Below are positions 1 through 8,158 of a stretch of 64,000 bases of DNA, in pieces. The stretch is from NCBI GenBank assembly GCA_036012755.1, contig DASCPX010000027.1, forward strand, positions 1 through 64,000, given 5' to 3'. The number at the start of each line of letters is the position of its first letter. Within the stretch, counting starts at the first letter, position 1. The notes below the pieces were generated by a model. That model did no database searches, was not told where the DNA came from, and saw nothing but the letters and a program-made list of their open reading frames with translations. Made by a program: the position numbers and the translations under genes. The stretch is from Myxococcota bacterium (GTDB lineage Bacteria > Myxococcota_A > UBA796 > CAJQPC01).

Positions 1-220
1 CGCCGGCGCTGCCCAGGGCGATTCGGAAGTGGTTCCTGCCAGCGGCCGTCTTCCGGCCCCGGCCGCAGCCCTCGGCGATGTTCAGGACGACGCTATCGGA
101 CGCCCGGATGGCCTGGTCCTTGAGGTGGCCTCGCCCCGATGGCCAGCGGGTCGCCGCGACCCGCTCGTTGACCGACAGGGCGAGCTTGTAGGCGTCGAGG
201 TTCTCGAAGGAGCAGGCGCA
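1..220 (-). CDS. Four-helix-bundle protein (23S rRNA IVP / TIGR02436 / Avd-like family); runs off the window edge, no canonical in-frame start
   Basis: Manual minus-strand translation, absent from the ORF track: CACSFENLDAYKLALSVNERVAATRWPSGRGHLKDQAIRASDSVVLNIAEGCGRGRKTAAGRNHFRIALGSAG. This matches the family pattern F(E)xLxxYxxA...DQxxRAxxSxxLNIAEGxGR...FxxAxGS. There is an in-frame ACG at 223-221 and an out-of-frame GTG at 221-219. Confidence 0.8.
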
Positions 221-258
221 CGTCCGCGGCGACGAGTCCCGAGGTCGAGGCCCGCACC

Positions 259-318
259 CGAGACTCGATCATCGAGAACGAGACTCGATCATCGGGGGTC
301 GATCATCGAGAACGAGAC
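259..318. repeat. Short direct repeat cluster with a 20-bp unit TCGATCATCGAGAACGAGAC
   Basis: Perfect copies at 265-284 and 299-318, a partial copy at 285-294, and CGAGAC at 259-264. Confidence 0.9.
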
Positions 319-955
319 GCCGCGGGCCTGGGTGCGCCATCAGCTCGAGAGCACCATCGCGGGCATCGGGCTCGCCGGCTACGCGGTCGGCCCCGACTAC
401 CTGGCGGGCGAGCGGGTGCCACTGCTGGTGGTCGGGGTCTGGCAGGCATGCCCCACCACGGCCGCGGAGATCTACCACGACGTGTACTCGGGCATCGCCT
501 CGGGGGCGCTCGGCATCGCACTGTACAGCTACGCCCATGGCGTCGACTCCGCCTCGGGCGACGGCCTCGACGGCTTCCTGCAGGCCGCCGAAGAGCTGAC
601 CACCCACGACGAGCCGCTCGGCTCGGTGGTGCTCTTCGGCGAGAGCACGGGCGAGGTCGCCTTCGAGATCACCGACGGCGCCACGCTCACGGACGAATTC
701 ACACCGTACGGTGCCACCGAGCCCGAGCAGTACGACTGCCTGAACCTGGCCGCCTGGGATCACGATGACCAGCGCTGGGTCGTGGCCGTGAACAGCTGCG
801 AGGAACCACTGGCAGCACGGCTGTCGGGCTTCACGGGCGGCCCCGAGGTCGTGCTCCCCTACGAAGAACGCGTCCTCTGCCTGGACGACGAGGGCGCCTT
901 CGAAGACGACTTCGACGCACTGGGCGTGCACATCTATCGGGTCGACGGCCCGTGA
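299..955 (+). pseudogene. C-terminal fragment of an uncharacterised acidic protein (possibly a glycoside-hydrolase-like TIM-barrel C-terminus); 5' end missing
   Basis: Typical GC3 codon usage and protein-like sequence only from about 299/320 (PRAWVRHQLE...DVYSGIASGALGIALYSY...LGVHIYR). The upstream part of ORF 29..955 is the antisense of the four-helix-bundle gene. Confidence 0.6.
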
Positions 956-1026
956 ACCGGCTGCCAGCAGCGGATTCTCGACCACACAAAAGTGAAATGA
1001 GCGTATCTGCGCCCGCACTGTTGCCC

Positions 1027-1542
1027 TCAGGACAGCACCACGCTCGATGCAGAGATCGCCAGATACACCACGAAACCGCCGAGAGCGATCAGGATGGGTC
1101 CGAACACCCAGCCCGCGGAATCCATGTGAAGCGCGGCTTCCCCGTGGTCTTGCGGGTTGTACAACACATCGACCGGGCCTTTCGGGTATTTTCGGAGCTC
1201 TTTGTCAGCGTCGCTTCGTTGGCCATAGCTGGTGACGGAGCCGTGAGAAATCCGGTCGCCGGTGAAGGCCTGCCCACCCACCTCATATCGATACGCAACC
1301 CGGAGCTTGTGGCTGGTCTGAGGCCAGCCATCTGTGTCCGTGCCCTCACCCTTCACGACTGAGGACTCGGTGATCTCACCAGTGACAGAGGGCCAGCTCT
1401 TTCCTCGAAACCGCTGCACGATTGTGTAGACACCGAACCCAATGAGGAAGAGTCCGGCTGCGAACAGGAACAAGAGGAACACACCCGTCGCGAGCATTCC
1501 GAGGACTGTGGATAGAGGGGGAACGGAGATGAGGCGCTCCAC
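1027..1542 (-). CDS. DUF3592-family membrane protein
   Basis: N-terminal TM, SWPSVTGEITESSV...VAYRYEVGGQAFTGDRI...VDVLYNPQD motif, C-terminal TM. Confidence 0.8.
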   Translation of the reverse strand: MERLISVPPLSTVLGMLATGVFLLFLFAAGLFLIGFGVYTIVQRFRGKSWPSVTGEITESSVVKGEGTDTDGWPQTSHKLRVAYRYEVGGQAFTGDRISHGSVTSYGQRSDADKELRKYPKGPVDVLYNPQDHGEAALHMDSAGWVFGPILIALGGFVVYLAISASSVVLS

Positions 1543-1697
1543 GTGAGGGTGGCGAAGAACGCGCGAGGATAGGCAGCAGCCGCCCCCTCACACAACGAGG
1601 TCGAACCGACCGATCCGCCAATGACAGAACGGTGCCGCGCCCAGGAGCACGTCCATGAAGACGGCCTGCTCGAGCTGCGGCAACGTTCCCGGACCAC

Positions 1698-2117
1698 TCA
1701 GTCGAGGATCTTCCACCCCATCACGACCACCACGTGAGGCGCGGCGACGTAGCCGATGACCAGGACCTGCTTGCCCTCGTGCTCCCGCAGCTGGTCCGCC
1801 TGCTCCAGCACGATCGTCGAGCCCGAGTTCCGGTCGTCGAGCACGAGGTTGTTCCCGTGTACGCGCAGCTGGCCGAGGTAGGGCGCCGAGCCGTCCGCGG
1901 CGGCCAGCACCGACCAGTCCCGCACCACCACGCGCCTGCCGACCCGGTTTCCATCGACCTCCAGCGTGCAGTCTTCGAGCTGCTCGAGCACCCGCTGGTC
2001 GGGACCGGCCTCGAGCTTCCAGCGCGTGCCGTCGGCCTCGATCAAGACCAGGCGCTCCCCCGGCACCACGACGCCTTGGAGGTGGGCCACGCAGGCCAAC
2101 AACGTCAGTCCAACCAA
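1698..2117 (-). CDS. Putative lipoprotein with two OB-fold-like beta repeats
   Basis: TTG at 2117 overlaps the upstream stop. LTLLAC lipobox-like motif and strong codon bias. Confidence 0.6.
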   Translation of the reverse strand: MVGLTLLACVAHLQGVVVPGERLVLIEADGTRWKLEAGPDQRVLEQLEDCTLEVDGNRVGRRVVVRDWSVLAAADGSAPYLGQLRVHGNNLVLDDRNSGSTIVLEQADQLREHEGKQVLVIGYVAAPHVVVVMGWKILD

Positions 2118-3421
2118 GCGAAGCCGTCCAGGCTGTGGAGCCCGACCGGGTCGATGGGCTGGGGATCCACCTGGGTGGAGAGGACCTCCGGGCCGACGTC
2201 CAGGAGCCGATCCCGCTCGGTGAGGGCGTCCTCGAAGCGCGCGAGAGCCCCGGCGAGGCCCGGGAGGGTGGCGTCGCCGACGACCTCGACGACCAGGCGG
2301 GCGTGTGCCGCGGCGGCCCAACCGAGGCGGCGCTGCTGCCTGGCGCCGAGCTGCGCCATCAGCGCCGCGCGGGCGTCCTTGATCTCCGGCTCGGTCCGGA
2401 CTCCGGCGAAGAGCATCGCGCTGTCGAGGAGCTCGTCGTCGTCAGCGTCTTCGATGGTGCTCTCGACGTGCGCGCCCAGCTCCCTCGACGCCCGGAGCAG
2501 CGCCTCGTCGCAGCGGGCCAGGCGATGGAGCATCTCGTCCGGGACGGCGTCGCAGTCGGGGTAGTGCTCCAGACGCAGCGCCTGCAAGACGGCTCCATCA
2601 GCGATTCGAAGGGTGTTCCTGAACCGCGGCCCGGTCTGCACCGTCGGGGCCGGAGGAGGAGGCATTGCCTCGCCGTCGGTGTGCTCGTCCTCGTCCCAGG
2701 CCAGCATGTCCAGGTGGAAGTCCGTGACCTCCGCCTCTTCCGGGGACACGCTGTCGAAGGTCTCCTCGACCACCGCAGCTGGCGGCGCCACGTTGGTCTC
2801 GTCCGCGACCAGAAGCGGTTCGCCGACGCGCGTCTCGTCCGCGACCAGCAAGGGTGGCGGGAGACCGATGTTGCTCTCGTCTGCGACGAGCAGGGTCGTC
2901 GGCTCGAGGTCGGAGTCGTCGGGCAACGGCACGGTCCCCTCGACGAAGCGGGTCTCGTCGAGTTCGTCCGGCAGCGGGGCGATGGGGAGCTCGTCAGCGC
3001 TGTCCGGATCGTCGCCGAGGCCGAGGTGGGTCGGCTCGTCGTCCGCTGTCGACAAGGAGTCGAGCCAGGTCACCTCCGTCACCTCGTCGTCGGGGAACAT
3101 CGGGTCCTTGCGGCGCATGCGAGCCCGCACGGAGTCGGGATCCACGCCGAGCTCGGTGACCTCGTCGTCGTCGATGAGGTTCGGTAGCTCGAGGTGGGCC
3201 CGACCGATGGCGTCGATGCTGTCGAGGGAACCCGGCTCGTCGTCGTCGAGCATGAGTTCGGGAACCGCGCCATCGGGATCGATGTCCAGCTCGAGGGGCT
3301 CGTCCTCGACCGGATCGAGCTCCAGCTCGGGCGCAGCTTCGGCGCCGGCCACCCCGGCAGGCTGAGCCAGCCCCGAGCTGCCACCGGAGAACCAGTTCCG
3401 GATCCGGTCCCAGAAGGCCAT
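2105..3421 (-). CDS. Highly acidic hypothetical protein: disordered D/E-rich N-terminal region and helical C-terminal domain
   Basis: ATG at 3421 (MAFWDRIRNWF) with TAGCAT 7 nt upstream. LLVADE(S/T) occurs three times. Confidence 0.75.
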   Translation of the reverse strand: MAFWDRIRNWFSGGSSGLAQPAGVAGAEAAPELELDPVEDEPLELDIDPDGAVPELMLDDDEPGSLDSIDAIGRAHLELPNLIDDDEVTELGVDPDSVRARMRRKDPMFPDDEVTEVTWLDSLSTADDEPTHLGLGDDPDSADELPIAPLPDELDETRFVEGTVPLPDDSDLEPTTLLVADESNIGLPPPLLVADETRVGEPLLVADETNVAPPAAVVEETFDSVSPEEAEVTDFHLDMLAWDEDEHTDGEAMPPPPAPTVQTGPRFRNTLRIADGAVLQALRLEHYPDCDAVPDEMLHRLARCDEALLRASRELGAHVESTIEDADDDELLDSAMLFAGVRTEPEIKDARAALMAQLGARQQRRLGWAAAAHARLVVEVVGDATLPGLAGALARFEDALTERDRLLDVGPEVLSTQVDPQPIDPVGLHSLDGFAWLD

Positions 3422-3573
3422 CACAGCGATGCTAACCGACTGCCTGCGAACCCTTACCGAGCCTTGACTCATGCCTGGGCCGCAGATAGGCCAGAATGCT
3501 CTCGGATGGCACCTGGCACCCGCTCTTTCCCCCACTTGCCGGCCGCGCCGAAACCGTGTCCAGGGCTGACACC

Positions 3574-6516
3574 ATGATGCTCCTCCCCAAGAAGATCGGA
3601 CCCCTCACGCTCCAGCGGAAGCTGGGCGCAGGTGGTGTTTCGGAGACCTACCTCGGGCTCACCGAAGACGACCACCGCGTCGGCGTCCGGCGCATTCTCC
3701 CCTTTGTCCGACAGGACGGCCGGCGACTCGCACAGGTGGAAGCACGCGTGCGCGACCTCCTCGGCATCAAGCACCCTTTCCTGGTCCAGGCGCTGGACTG
3801 GATCGAGGCAGACGACGAGCGCTTCGTGGTCGAGCAGTGGGTCGAAGGCATCGACCTGGAGCGGGTGATCGCCTGGTGTCGCCAGCACGACAAGCCTGTC
3901 CCCCACAACGTCTTCCTGAACGTGGCGACCCAGGTGTGCTCCGCCCTGGAGGTCCTCCACGGACGGCCAGGAAAGGGCACCGGGGCAGAGAACGTCCTCC
4001 ACCTCGGACTCCAGCCCGGCCACATCTTCGTCACCCCGGAGAACAAGGTGCGGGTCGGCGGCTACTCCCTGGTGCGGAGCCCGACCGCACTGCCCCAGGG
4101 CGGCATCGCCGGGCCGGTCCCGACCCGGATGGAGTACCTCTCCCCGGAGCAGACCCACCCCGATCAGAAACTGCTGCCAGCATCCGACGTCTTTGCCCTT
4201 GGGTGCATCCTCTACGAACTCTTGACGTTGGAGCCGCTGTTCCGCGCGGACAGCAACCTCCAGACGATTCACAGGGTCCGTCGCGCCGAGGTCGCGGGAC
4301 CGCTCCAGAAGGTCAAGGAGCGCATGCCCGGCCTGGACAAGGTGCTGTTCCGGGCGCTGTCGCTGAACCCGCGTCACCGCTACCAGCGAGCCTTCGTCCT
4401 GCGCGAGGACCTGCGTGGCTTGATGGCCGGCTACAGCTTCGCCAGCATCCACGACGACACCCGGGCCTTCCTCGCCCCCATCGAGGCAGAGACGACCAGC
4501 TCGCTGAAGCGGTCTGCGACCCAGGAATCCGAGGCCCCCCAGCCCATCGCGCCGGACAGCACCGCCGCCCACATCCTGATCGACCCAGAGGCCCACGGCG
4601 CTGTCCAGCACGCGGAGGAGGTCGCCCGGGAGCGGAGCGAACTGCTCGAGCGAGAGGCCGCAGCCTTCGACCTGACCGAGCGCACGGACCAGATCCCCCA
4701 GGATCCAGACGAGGAGTGGAACGAGCTCCCCACCGATCTCCACGTGGTCGACGAGCAGCCCTCGCCTGCCGGCCCGCCCGACGTGATGGCGCAACCGCGC
4801 GCGGCCCCCCCTCCCCTGGCCCCCGACCACCCCCTCGGCGCCCCGATGAAGGAGCCGGAGCACACCGCGGCCTACCTCTCCGACGGAAGCGACGTCGAGG
4901 AGGTGCCCCGCCCCGCGGACAGTCACACCCTCTTCGACGGAGCGCCGCCGGCCCCCTTCCTCGATCCGGAGGAGGAGTCCACCAACACGGACTTCATCCG
5001 CCAGGAGACGCCGCGGAACCTCACGCTCTACCCAGAGGACGAGCTCGGAGCGGCCGACGCCTCCATCGAAGACGAGTACGCGGACGAGGGTCCGCCGACC
5101 TTCATCGACGACCCGGGGGAGGGCCCCACGGAGATGAAGGTGGATCCCACCGAGGCGACGGTGGATGTGCCGCTGGTCGCCAAGGACGAAGGCACCTTCG
5201 GCGTGCCGGCGCCCATTCCGCCGGCTCCGGCGGCGCCAGCGCCCTACGACCCGGCGGTCGACTCCGCCCGGCCGACCGCGGTCGAGGAGCCACCGATGGC
5301 TCCCCCGCCCTTGGCCCGCCCCGATCCCACCGCAGAGGTCGACCCGGACGCCCCCGCCCCCAAGCCAGCGAGCAAGCTGCCGATCTTCGCGGTCATGGCT
5401 GTGGTGCTCTGCTTGGGCTGCGCAGGCCTCGCGGCCGTGGGCTTCTACGTCGGAAGCGGCATGCAGAGCGACCTCGAGACCCAGCTGGCCGAGCTGAGCG
5501 ATCTCGACGGTCCCTCGCTCGCCGACGCCGTCGCCGGAGCAGAGGGCGACGACGCCGAGGACGCCCTCGCCGACGCCTTCGACGAGATGGCCGAGGACGC
5601 CCCCGTCGACGAGCCTGAGGAAGCCGACGAGCCGATCGACGAGCCAGTCGAGGAAGATGAGCCAGAGGTCGTCGCGGCGGCGAAGCCCTCCTACTCCTCG
5701 GGCTCCTACGAACCGAAGACCACCACCTACGAGCCGAAGTCCTACTCCTCGGGCACCAGCCATGGCTCCAAGAGCTCCTCCGGATCCTCTGGTTCCAGCA
5801 AGGGCTCCTCCGCGGGCTCCTCGTCGAAGAAGTCGAGCTCATCGAGCAGCTACTCGCGCAGCTCGACCAAGAGCTATGACGACGACGACGACGACCTCTT
5901 CGCAGAGCTCGCGCTGTCCGAACCGGATGGCTTCGCCGAGCTCGCTGACACCGGCAGCGCCTCTGACATCGCCGAAGCGACGAACCTCGACGAGTACGTC
6001 AGCGGCGCCAAGAAGGGCCGCCTCGGAGAGTCCGAGATCATGATGCTGGAGCTCGTGGAGGACGACGATCTCAGCTACACGCGCTCGAGGGCGCTGTTGC
6101 TCATGAACGCCGAGCAGAAGTCCGACAAGCGGGCGGTCAAGCGCTACCTCGACCAGCTGATGGTCCTACCGGAGAACCAGTACAACTCCGTTTACCTCGC
6201 CAAGAGGGCGACCTGGTACGTGAACCAGGGCAGCTACCAGACCGCCCTCGACACCGCCACCGAGGCCGAGCGCTACTGGGCACGCATCCCGCCTGAGCTC
6301 GTCTTCTCCACCAAGGCCGACATCTACGCTGCGCAGGCCGCGTCGTGGCAGGGACTCTTCTACAAGGACGGAGAGGACCTGGACATGCTCGACAACGCCA
6401 TCCGCGGGTGGGAGAAATACCGCCGCCACGGCTTGACGAAGTCGGACACGCAAATGGCCCGGAAGGCAGACGCCGAGATCGAGAAGCTCGAAGATGTCCG
6501 CCGGCGCCTGGAGTAG
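3574..6516 (+). CDS. Membrane-anchored Ser/Thr pseudokinase with acidic linker, one TM, Ser-rich stretch and C-terminal TPR-like domain
   Basis: Kinase-fold motifs GAGGVS, EYLSPEQ and SDVFALG are present. VAIK reads VGVR, HRDxKPxN reads HLGLQPGH, DFG reads GYS. TM LPIFAVMAVVLCLGCAGLAAVGFYVG. Confidence 0.85.
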   Translation: MMLLPKKIGPLTLQRKLGAGGVSETYLGLTEDDHRVGVRRILPFVRQDGRRLAQVEARVRDLLGIKHPFLVQALDWIEADDERFVVEQWVEGIDLERVIAWCRQHDKPVPHNVFLNVATQVCSALEVLHGRPGKGTGAENVLHLGLQPGHIFVTPENKVRVGGYSLVRSPTALPQGGIAGPVPTRMEYLSPEQTHPDQKLLPASDVFALGCILYELLTLEPLFRADSNLQTIHRVRRAEVAGPLQKVKERMPGLDKVLFRALSLNPRHRYQRAFVLREDLRGLMAGYSFASIHDDTRAFLAPIEAETTSSLKRSATQESEAPQPIAPDSTAAHILIDPEAHGAVQHAEEVARERSELLEREAAAFDLTERTDQIPQDPDEEWNELPTDLHVVDEQPSPAGPPDVMAQPRAAPPPLAPDHPLGAPMKEPEHTAAYLSDGSDVEEVPRPADSHTLFDGAPPAPFLDPEEESTNTDFIRQETPRNLTLYPEDELGAADASIEDEYADEGPPTFIDDPGEGPTEMKVDPTEATVDVPLVAKDEGTFGVPAPIPPAPAAPAPYDPAVDSARPTAVEEPPMAPPPLARPDPTAEVDPDAPAPKPASKLPIFAVMAVVLCLGCAGLAAVGFYVGSGMQSDLETQLAELSDLDGPSLADAVAGAEGDDAEDALADAFDEMAEDAPVDEPEEADEPIDEPVEEDEPEVVAAAKPSYSSGSYEPKTTTYEPKSYSSGTSHGSKSSSGSSGSSKGSSAGSSSKKSSSSSSYSRSSTKSYDDDDDDLFAELALSEPDGFAELADTGSASDIAEATNLDEYVSGAKKGRLGESEIMMLELVEDDDLSYTRSRALLLMNAEQKSDKRAVKRYLDQLMVLPENQYNSVYLAKRATWYVNQGSYQTALDTATEAERYWARIPPELVFSTKADIYAAQAASWQGLFYKDGEDLDMLDNAIRGWEKYRRHGLTKSDTQMARKADAEIEKLEDVRRRLE

Positions 6517-6518
6517 TC

Positions 6519-6941
6519 ATGCGTCTCTTTGCTGCAATCGCTTTTCTCCTCGGTCTGGCCGCATGTCAGACCCACCACGCCATCATGGGCCACGTCATCG
6601 ACCGAAACGGCGACCCGCTGGACCGCGTCATCATCACGGTCGACCCCGGCAACGTGCAGCTGATCACCGACCAGTCCGGGTACTACGAGGTCGACTACCT
6701 GCGAGACGAGACCGGCGAGCGCGTCAAGATGCAGAAGCGCACCGTCTACAACGTCGAGGCCTTCAAGCCGGGCTACCACCCAGTGGAGACGACGATGGAG
6801 TACAAGCGCGGAGAGCTCCTCCTCGAGCCCCTGACGCTCAAGGAAGACACCATCCGCCTCGTGGGCACGGACCAGGACATCGATCCCGACGAGCATCCGG
6901 ATCGGACGCACTCTTCCGGCGGGTCCTACGAGGGCGAATGA
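6519..6941 (+). CDS. Lipoprotein with carboxypeptidase-regulatory-like (prealbumin-fold) domain
   Basis: MRLFAAIAFLLGLAAC lipobox. Pattern IMGHVIDRNGDPL...TDQSGYY...YNVEAFKPGY. Confidence 0.75.
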   Translation: MRLFAAIAFLLGLAACQTHHAIMGHVIDRNGDPLDRVIITVDPGNVQLITDQSGYYEVDYLRDETGERVKMQKRTVYNVEAFKPGYHPVETTMEYKRGELLLEPLTLKEDTIRLVGTDQDIDPDEHPDRTHSSGGSYEGE

Positions 6942-8158
6942 ACCTCGTCGCGGCCATCGCATGCTACGGCGGCGAGCCCGCTGTCGAACGCTCGGCGTCC
7001 CCAATGGACGGATCCTGGGTCGGCGACGTGATCGGCCGCCCGGAGCTCTTTGACGAGACGGTGTCCGAAAACCGGGCAGCATGGGTCGCCTACCATCGGA
7101 GCGACCTGCCGGAGGCGCTGCGTATCGGAGGCCCGGCAGGACAACGCGCAGCAGAGGACCTCGCGCTGCTCCACGCCGACCTCGGGCTGGTCAGCTCGGA
7201 GGCGTGGTCGCGCACGATGCGCACCTGGGACGACAAGGGGGAGCTGCCAGTGGACAGCGCGATCACCTGGTTCGCTGCCCTCGCGGCGCTGGAGACCGGG
7301 GACGAGGAGGCCGCCCGCGCCTGGCTCGAGCGCGCGGCCAACGCCGGGGACGCCCAGGTCCGCGGAGCTGCCACCGCGCTGGCGGCCCGTCCTGTTGTCG
7401 ACACCCCACTCCCGGATGCCACCGGCAACGTGCTGCTCGAGCAGTTCAACGCCAACGTCGGAGCGCGAGTGAGCGGACAGCCAGATGGCCTCGGCATCGA
7501 CGACGCCATCTGGGTCGAAGCTGCCGGTGACCACGAGCGCGGCTTCCACGACCCCATGCGCCACTGGTCGCTGGCGGCGGTCCACGCCCACGTCGAAGGC
7601 CCGGACGAGGGCCTCCCGAGCCTGTTGTTCTCGGCTTGCCTGGACGCGCAGACCACGGACTGTGCGGCCCAGACGGCGAAGGCTCTCGGGGTCGACCCGA
7701 CCCTCGAGGGCGAGGACGACCCAGAACGTGCCCGCCAGCTCGTGCGCAGCCTGGATGTCGCCCTCGACGGCTGGGTCGGCGAGCTGGAGGGCTCCATCGA
7801 CGATGACGGACGCGCCCTCTTGGAGGACCTCGCGCTGGTCCAGCGCCTCCGCGCCGAGGTCCTGCTTGGCCTCTCTCGCCAGGCCCTCGCAGGTGACCGC
7901 CCTCGCCAGGCCCTCGCGATGGCCCAGCTCGCCCTGGACCTCGAGAACCCACGCGAGGTCGGGCCCGTCAACCTCCCCGGGCTGTATGCCGTGCTCGCGA
8001 CCGCGAACCTGCGGACGGGGCACACGCGCGAAGCCCTCGATAACCTCCACGTCCTCACCGGCTCCCCCTTGGACGAGGCACACGGCGTCAAGGAAATCGT
8101 CGGTGACCTCGCGATCCTCCAGGGCCTCGACCGCCAAGGCGACTCGAAGGAGAACTGA
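6938..8158 (+). CDS. Helical/TPR-like putative lipoprotein
   Basis: ATGA overlap with the upstream stop, MNLVAAIAC start, Ala/Leu-rich helical repeats. Confidence 0.7.
   Translation: MNLVAAIACYGGEPAVERSASPMDGSWVGDVIGRPELFDETVSENRAAWVAYHRSDLPEALRIGGPAGQRAAEDLALLHADLGLVSSEAWSRTMRTWDDKGELPVDSAITWFAALAALETGDEEAARAWLERAANAGDAQVRGAATALAARPVVDTPLPDATGNVLLEQFNANVGARVSGQPDGLGIDDAIWVEAAGDHERGFHDPMRHWSLAAVHAHVEGPDEGLPSLLFSACLDAQTTDCAAQTAKALGVDPTLEGEDDPERARQLVRSLDVALDGWVGELEGSIDDDGRALLEDLALVQRLRAEVLLGLSRQALAGDRPRQALAMAQLALDLENPREVGPVNLPGLYAVLATANLRTGHTREALDNLHVLTGSPLDEAHGVKEIVGDLAILQGLDRQGDSKEN

Noticed and set aside
29..298. N-terminal ~90 codons of ORF 29..955
   Set aside because: Antisense of the four-helix-bundle gene plus the repeat cluster. 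The sequence is Arg/Pro-rich and not protein-like.
259..318. Repeat cluster as a mini CRISPR array
   Set aside because: Only two full 20-bp copies, 14 nt apart, with no unique spacers and no cas genes.
1590..1697. Short minus-strand reading frame (LPQLEQAVFMDVLLGAAPF...) between DUF3592 and the lipoprotein
   Set aside because: About 30 codons with no recognisable motif. It may be a remnant but cannot be supported.
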